Below, piece after piece: positions 1 to 11,067 of a stretch of 52,791 nt of DNA. How positions within the stretch are numbered: the first letter of the stretch is position 1; each line of letters opens with the position of its first letter. A program made the translations under genes and the position numbers. Under the pieces are notes generated by a model. It was given only the letters and a program-made list of their open reading frames with translations, was not told the origin of the DNA and ran no database searches. Where the stretch lies: IMG/VR virus record IMGVR_UViG_3300020055_001962, positions 1-52,791 of that record, one strand, 5' to 3'. The DNA is from a virus (Duplodnaviria > Caudoviricetes).

Positions 1-2
1 AC

Positions 3-3000
3 TATACAGTAGACGGTCGCCAAATTGACGATTGGTCAGATTCTGCAAAAGAATTTTTGTTCTGGACCACCCAAGGTTGGGCTTCTGGGACTGTTCTTTC
101 AATAAGTGCTTCAGCAAATAGGTTGTACTTTGACAAAGACTATAATGTAGTCGATGATCTATCAGATCCTTTCTATGGATATTCTGTATTTGACGAAAAC
201 GGTTCGCCGCTTGAAGCAGATACTAGAAGCATTTTAAGAGACCAAAATAGTTTTGGAATAGAAACAATCGGAACAGATCACGGTTTATATCATGTTGCAC
301 TTCCTACTGTACAAAAAGAGCATGTTGTAATTTTTGATAATAAAACTGTTTTTAACGACATTTTATATCAGCCATCATCAGGATATAGACAAGAACGCTT
401 AAAAGTTAATGCTTATAGAACAGCAGATTGGCAAGGTGGATTTAATGTTCCTGGGTTTGTATTTGATGATGCACGTTATTCAACATGGACAGAATACAAA
501 GATTATCAAATTGGCGACTTAGTAAAATATAGACAATATTATTATGTTGCTACTACTAATATCATAGGATCAAATATATTTGATAACACTGTTTGGTATA
601 GACTAAGCGAAGAACCAGAGAAGAAATTGTTAACAAACTTTGATTATAGAATTAATCAATTTATGGATTTTTATGATCTCGACAGTGTCGGGTTTGACGA
701 ATCACAACAAGAGTTGGCACAGCACTTAGTCGGATATCAAAAACGTCAATATCTAGCAAATATTATCAATGACGATGTTAGCCAGTTTAAGTTTTATAAT
801 GGATTTATTCAAGACAAAGGAACAGCAAACTCTGTTAAAAAACTTTTTGATTCGTTAGCAGGAAATACAGAAGAAAAGGTTGAATTGTTTGAAGAATGGG
901 CAGTTCAAGTTGGTAGATATGGTTCTACTGAGAATGAAAAACAAATAGAATATAAGTTAACCGATTCTAAGTTAGAAGAGTCTCCGCAGATTTTTGAACT
1001 TGCAAATTCTCGTCCAGCAGAGTTTGATAAAATTTATAGAATATATCCATCTGAAGTTTATGATAAACCACAAGGGTATGTGCATACTTCTGCATTGCCG
1101 GTAAAATCTTCAATAAATGAATATTTAAAAACAGGCGGGTATGTAAACGAAAATGATGTTACTTTTGTAAGTTATGATAAACAAGAATTATTTGGCGCAG
1201 ATATAAATCAAGTTGAGTTAGGATCTTATATTTGGTTAGTAGAAACAGGTGCAGACGATTGGACAGTTTACCAAATTATTGATACAGATATTAAGGCAAT
1301 TGATTTTGTAAAAGAAACTGGACTGTTTACTGATAACGGAGAACCCCTGTCAGAACTAACATTAGATCAGTGGACAAATGCAAGAATCGAAGAGAAAGAA
1401 TACTTTGGTATACTAAATGCGTTTAGATTTAACATAAGCGGAATATATGAAGTATACGATGCTACACTTAATAAAATACAATTTAATTCGGGTGAAGATG
1501 CAATTAACTTTGAAGACCAAAACTTTTCACTAGTTAAACTAAGAAAAGTTAGAGTTTCTAATTTAGCAACATTAAATGATTTAGTTCAAGAAAAGCAATA
1601 CGACGGACAAAAGTTTTGGGTAGACAATTACTCTAACGGTGTTTGGAACGTTGTTGAAAATAATCCTGTCTTTTCTCAAAGACAAGTAATGTCAAATCCA
1701 AGCGAGTATGACGGAACTAATCACGAATTTGGAAAAAATATTGCTGTTAGTGCTAATAACAGAGTGCTAGTTGTAGCATCACCAAATGACGAAAATGGAA
1801 AAATTAATGTTTATGTAAGACCTAGAGAAAATAGCAACTATGTTGTTAAACAACAGATACAATTTGTTGATTCAACACTACTTGATGTTAATAATACAAG
1901 ATTTGGACATAGTGTAGATATATCACCTGACGGTGAATATATTGTTGTTGGTATGCCAAGAGCATCTGGTGTTAAAACAAGATATGAAGGCGACTTTGAT
2001 CCAACATTACAGTATACTAAAGGAGATGTTGTAAAATACAGAGAGAGCCTTTGGCAAGCTCTAAGAACAATTAATCCACAAACCGGAAGCCAATCATTCA
2101 CAACATTTGACTCTTATCAGTCATTGGTTGCGTTTGAAGATACTGACTCGACAAACAGCGTGTTATTAGTTGCAGGTAATCCAGGATTACCTAATAATGT
2201 TGTTGACCATCTTTTAGTTAGAGCTCCGCTTGATATGTATCTTGGAACAAAAGCAAGAGATTTTGCTGCTGATACTCCTGGAGATCAAATTTTCTTAGAT
2301 TGGAACTTAAGAAGTTATGCTAATCCAACACTAGACGACTATTATCCTTTTGATAACAACCTAACAGGAATTACACCTTCGTGGCTCGGAAGAACCCAAG
2401 GTCACGAAATTATTTTCAAAGTTGACTACATTATGTATGTTGATACTTTTATAGCATTACCGGCAGTCGGCGAATTTGTAACAACTAATACAGGCCGCGC
2501 CGAAGTTGTTTATGTTGACACTAGCGAAGATAGTGCTGTTATATATGTAAAAGATACAAATGGTGTATTTGATATCTCAGGTGAATTGTTTATTGAAGAC
2601 GAAGACTTTGTTGGATTATATACTCTGGAATCAACTTATACAACAAGTGAACAAGTTGGCGGCTATTGGTTAATCAAAACATATAACAGCGATGATCGTC
2701 CAGCAGTTGATTGGGAAAGTGAAATATCTGATGGCGATGGATTTACTTATGATAATGCTGAAACTTGGTACGATGCAGGTAGAGGTTTAGTATACTCGGA
2801 TGTTTTACTAGCCGAAGGCGGCAGAGATCCAAATGAGTATTACAACATTCAAACAACAGTAAGTGCAATCGGTACGTATATTCTTAATAAAAATAGAACA
2901 AGTTGGGGAACTCAATTATCTTTCCGCGGAGATCCTACTATTGATGAAAACGATGGACAAGATGGATTTGAAAGATTTTGTCAATCTAACTATTGGGTAC

Positions 3001-6000
3001 TAAGAGTTGGTAAAGAATTTTCAGATACACTCAACGGCGACGAAACATTTAATCTACAGTTTTATGACTTAGAAAATAGAGAAGTAGATTACGAAGCCGC
3101 TGCACTAACAGATGCTATTGTAAATGCACAACAAACAATAGTAGACATGTGGGACGGGTATATTGATTTTGAACTATCAAGATTTGATGCTTCAGGTTTC
3201 CCTTTCCAACCGCAGCCAAGATGGTATCACGAAGCAGACGGTACATTAAACACAACTGATAGAGCTCAGGGCGATGTAATTATTGATGTTCAGACAGCAA
3301 GCGATGGCGCCGGCGGTCTTGCTATAAGCCCACTGTCTCCAACCAGTGCTGCTGAAGTAATCTACTTGCAAAGAGACTTCAATAAGATTAGAGTCTACGT
3401 TAAGATTCTTGAAGAACATAATGGAATAACTTACGGCGGAGATTTTACACAACTTAATAATATTGGTAGATATGAACTAAGACGTATCGGAAATGAAGAT
3501 TTAAGAGGCGCAGGAGATGTTGACAGAACGTTTGCTGAAATAGATGATGCTAACAACGATATTGTGGTTGGCACAACTCAAGTTGGCAAATTACTAGTTT
3601 TCCAAGAAGACAGTATTTCAACTTTCAATAATAATATTAGTTGGGAAGATACTGTTGAATTTATTGATGAAGAATATTATTTCTTCAATGAAAATACAGA
3701 AAGCGGAATTACTAGACCTGCTAACCCTCCATATGGGCTAAACAAAGATTATAAACAAATTTATCATTTGCCTGCAAATTCTACAGGTGTTGCTGGTCCA
3801 GATCTTTCTGGTGCTATTGCAATTTATAGAAGACGTAAAGAAGGATCTTATGAATTAAAACATACACTAACTAGTTTGTTTTATGATGAGAATAGACAGT
3901 TTGGACACAAAGTAAAATTAGTACAAACTGATCGAGATTATACGTTATTTGTAGGAACTAGAGGTTTAGATGCTCCAGAAGAGTTAGGAGATTCAACTAT
4001 TGGTAGAAGAGAACATCCAGGCGAGATTGAAATTTTCCGTCATGGAGTTACTCCAACTGATAACTTTGCAGGACAGTACCAAGATAGAGCATATGTAGAA
4101 GATGAAATTGTAACATATGAAGATCAATATTTCAGAGCAATTAGAGCAGTGCCTGTAGGTATTAATCCTCAATCTCCAGAATATTGGAATGATATTAGTT
4201 GGAAATACGGAAAAGACATTAATTATAGAGGAAACTGGGATAATTCTTACAGTTATGCTGAAGGTGCTATTGTTATTAGAGAACAAACAAAAATTTGGCT
4301 TGATGGATTAAATGGCGAACCACTTGCTGGCCAAAGCATAACATTCACTTCAGTTGATGATTCTACTATTATTGTTAAAACAATAAATGCTGTTGACGGC
4401 AATGCTGTTATAATTGACGGCAACCATTACGCAGAATTTTTAACATTTGATTGGTCTCCAAAAAGTATTGTTACAATTAATGGGTTTGATACTATAACTG
4501 CAACTGGAATACAAAACGTTTCAGTTATTAAAAAATTGTATCAAGCTCAAACAAATATTGGAGTAGGAGCAGAGTTTTCTAATACTGGATGGTCCCAACT
4601 AAGCAATAAAATAGACTACCTAGGATATTTGCCAAACTTAACAGGGCAGAGTTTGTACGATGAAGAAGTTTTTGATCCCGTACAAAATATTATTGATTTT
4701 AGTGAAACGTTTGATGTAAGCAACGACAGACAAGTGCTTATAGTCAAAGCCAATCTCAAAGAATCAGATAGTACTACAAAAACAAGATTAGTAGTATATA
4801 GATTAAATGATAACAAGTATCAACTAGACCAAGTAATTTCTGCACCGACAACAATTTTTAAAACTGTAGAAGAAGTCACCGATCAAATTGTCATTGACAT
4901 ATCTGATATATTAATATCTAATACTACAAGAGAAGATGACATAATTCTTAGAATAAATGATCAACGTAAAGGATATGTTGGCGGCAGATGGACCCTAGAT
5001 AACAACTTAATTACAGTCAATGATGTTGCTAAAAATGATGTAATTGAAATAACTGTTTATAACGAAACAACTGCTTGGGGCGAACGTGTTAGCCTTAACG
5101 ACAGTGGCGATAAATTTGCTGTTAGTGCTAAACTTGATGATACTGCTGGAACCGATAAAGGTGTAGTATACATTTACAAACAAATTAACGGAAGATTCCA
5201 AGTTGACCAAATATTAAGATCTCCACAAAACGAAGTAGCAGAGCAATTTGGTCATGGATTATACTTTGGATCTGATAACTTAGTTGTTTCTAGTTTAAAC
5301 GGAGATCAAATAATTCCAACAACATTTGACGGAACGTCGATAGGAAACACTGAACCTCAAACAACATTTGATAATAAGTTTACTTCGTTTAGAAATATTA
5401 AACTAGATAAAGGTGTAGTATATGTTTACGAAGACTTAGAAAATCAATTAGTGTTCGGCGAAAAATTAATCTATCCTTCAGTGCAAACAACATTTGGTGA
5501 AAATCTGTTTAGTTACGGCAACCATATATATGCTGGCATACCACGTCAAACTAACGAAAAATCTGTAGGACAAGTTATTGATTTTAGAAAAAATGCTGGT
5601 TATACTGCTTGGTCGTCAATCGATCAACAAATATTACCTGTAGATGTTGATAAGATTAGTGGCTTAATGTTATACAACAAACGTAAAAATGAACTCATTA
5701 GCAGACTAGATTATATTGATCCTCTACAAGGAAAAATAGCAGGTGTTGCTGAACAAGAAATTGACTATAAGGCAGGATTTGACCCAGCAGTATACAATAC
5801 AGGACTTACAAACGACTTTTTAGTTGATCCTGCAAGATTCTGGGGAAATGAACACGTTGGCGAAATATGGTGGGCAACAAACACTGCTAGATTTGCTTAT
5901 CCTTATAAGGGATCAGTTAACTCTCAAAAGAAAGATTGGAATAATTTAATAGTTGGATCTAACATTGATATTTTTGAATGGGTAGAAAGTGAATTTGTTC

Positions 6001-9000
6001 CATCTGGATGGGATGAGCTTGCTGATACAGATGAAGGTTTGAAAAAAGGAATAAGCGGTCAGTCATTATATGGCAATACAAGATATACCACTCAATTAGA
6101 ATACGATAAACTTGCCCAAAATTTCCGTGCAAAATATTATTTCTGGGTGCAAGGCAAAAGAACGAAACCTACAACTCATAAGCCTAAAAGAAAACTTAAT
6201 ACTATTGACATTGCAAGATTAATCGAAAATCCTAGATTACAAGGATATAGATATGCTTCGCTTATTTCAGAAAATACATTTATTCTTAATAATTGTAATG
6301 ATTTAATCCAAGGCGATGATGTTGTACTACAAATTAGATACAAAGAAGATGAAACACAAAATATAAACCAGCACAAAGAATACCAAATTTTAAGTGAAGG
6401 TCTAGAATCAAGTGTTCTGCATCCAACTATTGAAAGAAAGTGGTATGACAGTTTAATTGGGTTTGATTTAAACAACAGACCAGTACCTGATATTAATGTT
6501 CCGTCAAATAAGAGATACGGAATTCAAAATGTTCCTAGACAAAGCATGTTTCAGAATAGATTTGAAGCATTAAAACAAACTATTGAACGAGCTAACATTG
6601 TATTAGGCGAACAGTTATTAATTGATACATACGATTTAAGCGAACTTCAAAGAAAAGAGCCTTTGCCTTCAAGCGTTTCAGGCGAATTTGATCTAAGTAT
6701 TGCAACATATGATGATTTAAGATTTGTAAGCACTAACAAAATTACACAAGCAGAAATTGAATTAATTATTAGTAATGGACGTATTATTAGTACAAACATT
6801 ATTAATCCAGGACGTGGCTATAAAGTTGCACCTTCATATAACTTAGAAGGTCCTGGATCTGGCGCAATTATTGACTTTGAAATAAATTCTCTAGGACAAA
6901 TTACCAATGTTATTATTGGCAATAGCGGCACAGGGTATTTAGAAAATACCAAATTGATAGTACGTCCATTTAGTGTATTAGTACAAACAAACGAAACACT
7001 ATACGGTAAATGGGCAATATACAGTTGGAATGGTACTTCTTGGTTTATTCGAAGCATACAAGATTACGATGTAACTAATTATTGGGATTATGTAGACTGG
7101 TATGCAGACGGTTATAACCAGTTTACAACAATCAATTACACAGTTCCTGGAACTTACATACTTCCGACAATATCAGATAGAACTGGAGATATTGTCAAAG
7201 TTGAGTCTGTTGGCTCAGGCGGTTGGGTTCTTTTAGAAAAGGTTGCTAATTTTGATACTGAAGATTATACACAAAATTATAAAGTTGTAGGTAGACAAAA
7301 TGGAACTATTCAATTCAAAGAAACTTTGTATAATTACGAAGTAAATCCTGTGGGTTATAGTAACAGAAGTTTCGACAGTTATTTTTACGACAATAACCCA
7401 GTAACTGAATTACGAATTATTTTTGCAGCATTTAGAGATGACTTGTTAGTTGGGGATCTAAAATCTGAATACAACGGATTGTTCTTTGTAGGTGTTCGCT
7501 ATGCGATTGCTGAACAAAAGGGTATTGATTGGATATTTAAAACAAGTTTTGTAAAAGCAAAATATAATGTAAGCGAATTAAGAAATGATGTTACATTTAA
7601 CAGCGATAATTTAAAAAGTTTTGAAGATTATCTAAAAGAAGTTAAGCCTTACAAAACTAAGATTAGAGAATATGTGGATGTGTATAGTAAGGTAGAACCT
7701 ACTAATACAAGTGTAACAGATTTTGATTTACCACCATATTATAGTTTGGCAGACGGATCTATTATTCCTAATAGATCTGTTATAACAGATGGAGTTATAG
7801 ACGACCCAGACGGAGATTTTAATTCTTATCCACGAAAACATTTTATTGAAAATGTTGGATACCAATTAAAAGAAATTCAAATAAAAGATGGCGGTTCTGG
7901 ATATACTCTAACACCAAAAATAGAAATTATTGGCGACTGCGAAGAACAAGCAACTGCTGTTGCTTACATCGGATATGGTAAAATTACTAGTGTTAAAATT
8001 ACAAATCCAGGTAAAGGGTACTTAACAAGACCAATTGTTGAAATTACCGGATCACAATCAACTGGTAGTACACCTGCTAGAATGAGTGCTATACTTGGTT
8101 ATAGTCCAGTTAGAACTCCTCATATTAGAGTTAAGTTTGATAGATATTCCGGCGAAGTTTATATCCAAGAATTACAAGAAGTACAAACATTTACTGGCAA
8201 TAATGTTCAAGCAAAATTTGATCTTGAATGGCCTATGGACTTAGATAATAAAAAAGTCAAAGTTTATATAGATGGCAAAGAAATGTTACGTAGTACATAT
8301 ACTTACGAAAACATTGATAATACTGAGAAAAGTTATTCAAGACAAAATGGTCGAATAACTTTTGCAAAAATTCCTGCCACAGGTGCAGCAATTGAAGTTA
8401 GATATTATAAGCCAATCGATATGCTTTCAGCACAGGATAGAATTCATCATTTCTATGAGCCGACTGTAGGTATGCTAGGTAAGAGTTTTTCTCAGTTAAT
8501 GAAAGGTATCGATTACGGTGGCGTTGAAGTTAAATCATTTGGATTTGAAGGCGCAGCAGGTTGGGATACACAAGGTTGGTTTACAGATACTTGGGATGTC
8601 TTTGATAATACATACGAAGATGAAGTATTTGTTGCAGACGGCAGTACAATTTTCATTCAACTAACACAACCACTAGAAAATGGTGTTACTTATAATGTTT
8701 ATAAAGGAACTTCAGGATCTGTTGATTTAACTAGAATAGATGATCCTAACTATGGGACTGCTCAGCAAGTAAATGAAAATGCTATTATGAATAGTTTAGT
8801 CGGTGACGGCGTACAAACTATAATCGATCTTGATACATTGGGTGTAAGTTTTGATGATGGCGAAACTATTATTGTAAGAAAAACTACCAGTGATGGGTCA
8901 ATAACACCTGATCCAACAAGTTATGATACACAACTTCAAGGCGGAGACTTACCTTATGCAACTGCAAAAGGAGTTAATGCAGAAGATATTATTGTTGATG

Positions 9001-11048
9001 GTGACGGATTTGTTAATCCTATAACACATGCAGGACCAGAAGAACTTGTTCCCGGATTAATAACTGATTCATTAGATATAAAAGTCTATACTAGAGCAGG
9101 TGACGGAAATGGGGTTATACATAGCCAAAACTATACAACAGATGGATTAAAAACTGAATTTGATTTAGGTGTAATTCCTTCTACTAACGAAGCAGTATGG
9201 GTTAAGGTAAATGATATAAAAATTGCTGATACCGAATATACAATTGATTGGACAACAAACGTTCTTACGTTTAATGCAGCACCAGCAGCAAACCAAGAAC
9301 TTAGTATTATTAGTCAAGCCGCAGGATATGATGATTTATTAGACTATGGTAAAACAATAGCCGACGGATCGACAACTGAAATTATTACTACTGTTGATTG
9401 GAGAACCGGTGTACAAGCAAGCGCCACTGTCAACGGTGAAGCAGTTGAAGTAGTTGTGTTTAATAGCAATGAATGGGGATATGATTTAACCAATCCAAAA
9501 GTTGGTATTAGAACTTCGGAAGTAATTAATGAAGGTAGTGTTGTACATTACGCTGTTCTTTCTAACAGTGAAGAAACTAATTACAGCCGAGTTATTGTTA
9601 GTAATTTTGAAGGTGACGGGCTTATATCTCAGTATACACTAACTGATGTTCCGTTTTATGAAATACCATTGGAACATAGAATAATAGTTAAAGTAGATAA
9701 CCAAATTCTTAAACCAGGATATAATGCTAAGTTTACAATTCCAGAAAATAATCAACGTACATATAGTTTTGAAGATTTCCAATATCCTGCAGGCGACTTA
9801 GATGTAGAAGAACTTAAAGTTTATCTAAATGGTGAAGAAATCGCAGTTCCATCTCAATGGCGTTATGACGTTGCAAACACTTCTATATTGTTAACAGATG
9901 ATACTGGTGTTCCAGGAGATACGGTTGAAATATTTGCAGTAGCCAGAGGTGACTATGCGTTTGGTTACCTTAACGGTGATAGTGTTTGGATCGACACTCC
10001 GGGTACGTTGCATTTAAGTACAATACCAAGTCTTGGAGCAAAAATAGAAATTTATCAATTTAGTAACCATGATATACTTGGGTTAGAAAGAGTTAATTAC
10101 AATGTAGTAAACAGATCGTCAGTTAGTGTTGCAAGTGAACTGACAACATATAGACTACTAAAATCAGGTATTATTTCATTAAGAGATATTGCAGTAGATG
10201 CACAATATGTATGGGTTAGCAAGAACGGAGAGTTACTAACTCCTAGCGTTGATTACTATGTAACAGATGATAGAAGCCAAGTTAGACTAACTGAAATTCC
10301 TGCTAATAACGATGTTATAGATTTGCTGCATTTCTCTGCTCCTGTTGCAACCGAAAAATTTGCATATAGACAGTTTAAAGATATGCTTAACAGAACACAC
10401 TATAAGCGTTTAGATAAGGCTGAAGTAACACTTCGTCAACCACTTAATTATTCTGATTTGCGTATTGAAGTTACTAACGGTGCAGTTCTTGCTGAACCAA
10501 ACAAAGGACTCAATCTACCTGGTATTATTTGGATTAATGGCGAACGTATTGAATACTTTGTTAAAGAAGAAAACACACTACGTCAATTGCGTAGAGGAAC
10601 ACTTGGTACTGGCGTTAAAAATATACATGCTACTGGATCAAAAGTTTATGACCAGAATTCGAGCAAAACTGTGCCATATCAAGACATTACGTATAGTAAA
10701 GAATTTATTGCTGACGGAGTAACATCAGATTTTGAACCTGGATTTGATATTGGAAGTATAAATGAAGTAGAAGTATTTGTAGGCGGTAGAAGATTGCGCA
10801 AAACTTCTATAGAAGTATTTGACCCTGTACTAGCGATGGATAGTCCAGAAGGCGATACAACCGTTAGTGCAGAATTTAGTGTAACAGACAACATAATTAC
10901 TGTAAACAGTATTCCTGTTGACGGTGAACAGGTTATGATAGTTAAAAAGATAGGTGAAATTTGGAGCCCTATAGGACAACAATTAGCATTGACAGATAAT
11001 GCCATTGCAAGATTCTTACGTGCAGGCACAAGTGAGTTACCAGAATAA
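3..11048 (+). CDS. Giant virion structural protein (baseplate/tail-associated), 5'-truncated by the window edge
   Basis: The frame is open from nt 3 (YTVDGRQIDDWSDSAKEFLFW...), so the TTG at 57 is not the true start; >3660 aa. It contains FG-GAP-like propeller repeats (FGKNIAVS, FGHSVDIS, FGHKVKL, FGHGLYF), CBM5/12-like repeats (YxxGDxVxY), paired IxxxGxGY repeats and C-terminal GDGxT-type beta modules. It lies directly upstream of fibre genes. Confidence 0.8.
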   Translation, partial: YTVDGRQIDDWSDSAKEFLFWTTQGWASGTVLSISASANRLYFDKDYNVVDDLSDPFYGYSVFDENGSPLEADTRSILRDQNSFGIETIGTDHGLYHVALPTVQKEHVVIFDNKTVFNDILYQPSSGYRQERLKVNAYRTADWQGGFNVPGFVFDDARYSTWTEYKDYQIGDLVKYRQYYYVATTNIIGSNIFDNTVWYRLSEEPEKKLLTNFDYRINQFMDFYDLDSVGFDESQQELAQHLVGYQKRQYLANIINDDVSQFKFYNGFIQDKGTANSVKKLFDSLAGNTEEKVELFEEWAVQVGRYGSTENEKQIEYKLTDSKLEESPQIFELANSRPAEFDKIYRIYPSEVYDKPQGYVHTSALPVKSSINEYLKTGGYVNENDVTFVSYDKQELFGADINQVELGSYIWLVETGADDWTVYQIIDTDIKAIDFVKETGLFTDNGEPLSELTLDQWTNARIEEKEYFGILNAFRFNISGIYEVYDATLNKIQFNSGEDAINFEDQNFSLVKLRKVRVSNLATLNDLVQEKQYDGQKFWVDNYSNGVWNVVENNPVFSQRQVMSNPSEYDGTNHEFGKNIAVSANNRVLVVASPNDENGKINVYVRPRENSNYVVKQQIQFVDSTLLDVNNTRFGHSVDISPDGEYIVVGMPRASGVKTRYEGDFDPTLQYTKGDVVKYRESLWQALRTINPQTGSQSFTTFDSYQSLVAFEDTDSTNSVLLVAGNPGLPNNVVDHLLVRAPLDMYLGTKARDFAADTPGDQIFLDWNLRSYANPTLDDYYPFDNNLTGITPSWLGRTQGHEIIFKVDYIMYVDTFIALPAVGEFVTTNTGRAEVVYVDTSEDSAVIYVKDTNGVFDISGELFIEDEDFVGLYTLESTYTTSEQVGGYWLIKTYNSDDRPAVDWESEISDGDGFTYDNAETWYDAGRGLVYSDVLLAEGGRDPNEYYNIQTTVSAIGTYILNKNRTSWGTQLSFRGDPTIDENDGQDGFERFCQSNYWVLRVGKEFSDTLNGDETFNLQFYDLENREVDYEAAALTDAIVNAQQTIVDMWDGYIDFELSRFDASGFPFQPQPRWYHEADGTLNTTDRAQGDVIIDVQTASDGAGGLAISPLSPTSAAEVIYLQRDFNKIRVYVKILEEHNGITYGGDFTQLNNIGRYELRRIGNEDLRGAGDVDRTFAEIDDANNDIVVGTTQVGKLLVFQEDSISTFNNNISWEDTVEFIDEEYYFFNENTESGITRPANPPYGLNKDYKQIYHLPANSTGVAGPDLSGAIAIYRRRKEGSYELKHTLTSLFYDENRQFGHKVKLVQTDRDYTLFVGTRGLDAPEELGDSTIGRREHPGEIEIFRHGVTPTDNFAGQYQDRAYVEDEIVTYEDQYFRAIRAVPVGINPQSPEYWNDISWKYGKDINYRGNWDNSYSYAEGAIVIREQTKIWLDGLNGEPLAGQSITFTSVDDSTIIVKTINAVDGNAVIIDGNHYAEFLTFDWSPKSIVTINGFDTITATGIQNVSVIKKLYQAQTNIGVGAEFSNTGWSQLSNKIDYLGYLPNLTGQSLYDEEVFDPVQNIIDFSETFDVSNDRQVLIVKANLKESDSTTKTRLVVYRLNDNKYQLDQVISAPTTIFKTVEEVTDQIVIDISDILISNTTREDDIILRINDQRKGYVGGRWTLDNNLITVNDVAKNDVIEITVYNETTAWGERVSLNDSGDKFAVSAKLDDTAGTDKGVVYIYKQINGRFQVDQILRSPQNEVAEQFGHGLYFGSDNLVVSSLNGDQIIPTTFDGTSIGNTEPQTTFDNKFTSFRNIKLDKGVVYVYEDLENQLVFGEKLIYPSVQTTFGENLFSYGNHIYAGIPRQTNEKSVGQVIDFRKNAGYTAWSSIDQQILPVDVDKISGLMLYNKRKNELISRLDYIDPLQGKIAGVAEQEIDYKAGFDPAVYNTGLTNDFLVDPARFWGNEHVGEIWWATNTARFAYPYKGSVNSQKKDWNNLIVGSNIDIFEWVESEFVPSGWDELADTDEGLKKGISGQSLYGNTRYTTQLEYDKLAQNFRAKYYFWVQGKRTKPTTHKPKRKLNTIDIARLIENPRLQGYRYASLISENTFILNNCNDLIQGDDVVLQIRYKEDETQNINQHKEYQILSEGLESSVLHPTIERKWYDSLIGFDLNNRPVPDINVPSNKRYGIQNVPRQSMFQNRFEALKQTIERANIVLGEQLLIDTYDLSELQRKEPLPSSVSGEFDLSIATYDDLRFVSTNKITQAEIELIISNGRIISTNIINPGRGYKVAPSYNLEGPGSGAIIDFEINSLGQITNVIIGNSGTGYLENTKLIVRPFSVLVQTNETLYGKWAIYSWNGTSWFIRSIQDYDVTNYWDYVDWYADGYNQFTTINYTVPGTYILPTISDRTGDIVKVESVGSGGWVLLEKVANFDTEDYTQNYKVVGRQNGTIQFKETLYNYEVNPVGYSNRSFDSYFYDNNPVTELRIIFAAFRDDLLVGDLKSEYNGLFFVGVRYAIAEQKGIDWIFKTSFVKAKYNVSELRNDVTFNSDNLKSFEDYLKEVKPYKTKIREYVDVYSKVEPTNTSVTDFDLPPYYSLADGSIIPNRSVITDGVIDDPDGDFNSYPRKHFIENVGYQLKEIQIKDGGSGYTLTPKIEIIGDCEEQATAVAYIGYGKITSVKITNPGKGYLTRPIVEITGSQSTGSTPARMSAILGYSPVRTPHIRVKFDRYSGEVYIQELQEVQTFTGNNVQAKFDLEWPMDLDNKKVKVYIDGKEMLRSTYTYENIDNTEKSYSRQNGRITFAKIPATGAAIEVRYYKPIDMLSAQDRIHHFYEPTVGMLGKSFSQLMKGIDYGGVEVKSFGFEGAAGWDTQGWFTDTWDVFDNTYEDEVFVADGSTIFIQLTQPLENGVTYNVYKGTSGSVDLTRIDDPNYGTAQQVNENAIMNSLVGDGVQTIIDLDTLGVSFDDGETIIVRKTTSDGSITPDPTSYDTQLQGGDLPYATAKGVNAEDIIVDGDGFVNPITHAGPEELVPGLITDSLDIKVYTRAGDGNGVIHSQNYTTDGLKTEFDLGVIPSTNEAVWVKVNDIKIADTEYTIDWTTNVLTFNAAPAANQELSIISQAAGYDDLLDYGKTIADGSTTEIITTVDWRTGVQASATVNGEAVEVVVFNSNEWGYDLTNPKVGIRTSEVINEGSVVHYAVLSNSEETNYSRVIVSNFEGDGLISQYTLTDVPFYEIPLEHRIIVKVDNQILKPGYNAKFTIPENNQRTYSFEDFQYPAGDLDVEELKVYLNGEEIAVPSQWRYDVANTSILLTDDTGVPGDTVEIFAVARGDYAFGYLNGDSVWIDTPGTLHLSTIPSLGAKIEIYQFSNHDILGLERVNYNVVNRSSVSVASELTTYRLLKSGIISLRDIAVDAQYVWVSKNGELLTPSVDYYVTDDRSQVRLTEIPANNDVIDLLHFSAPVATEKFAYRQFKDMLNRTHYKRLDKAEVTLRQPLNYSDLRIEVTNGAVLAEPNKGLNLPGIIWINGERIEYFVKEENTLRQLRRGTLGTGVKNIHATGSKVYDQNSSKTVPYQDITYSKEFIADGVTSDFEPGFDIGSINEVEVFVGGRRLRKTSIEVFDPVLAMDSPEGDTTVSAEFSVTDNIITVNSIPVDGEQVMIVKKIGEIWSPIGQQLALTDNAIARFLRAGTSELPE

Positions 11049-11051
11049 ATA
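11044..11051 (+). promoter_or_regulatory. T4-like late promoter (AATAAATA) overlapping the stop codon of the giant gene
   Basis: ATAAATA core, followed by AGGA and the ATG at 11068. Confidence 0.6.
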
Positions 11052-11067
11052 CAGTATAGGAAAAGTG

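Noticed and set aside
10999-11067. N-terminal extension of the 222-aa ORF; similar extensions at 33420, 33917, 36329, 42521, 44618 and 50461
   Set aside because: They overlap upstream genes; downstream ATG/GTG starts with an RBS or stop-start coupling are more plausible
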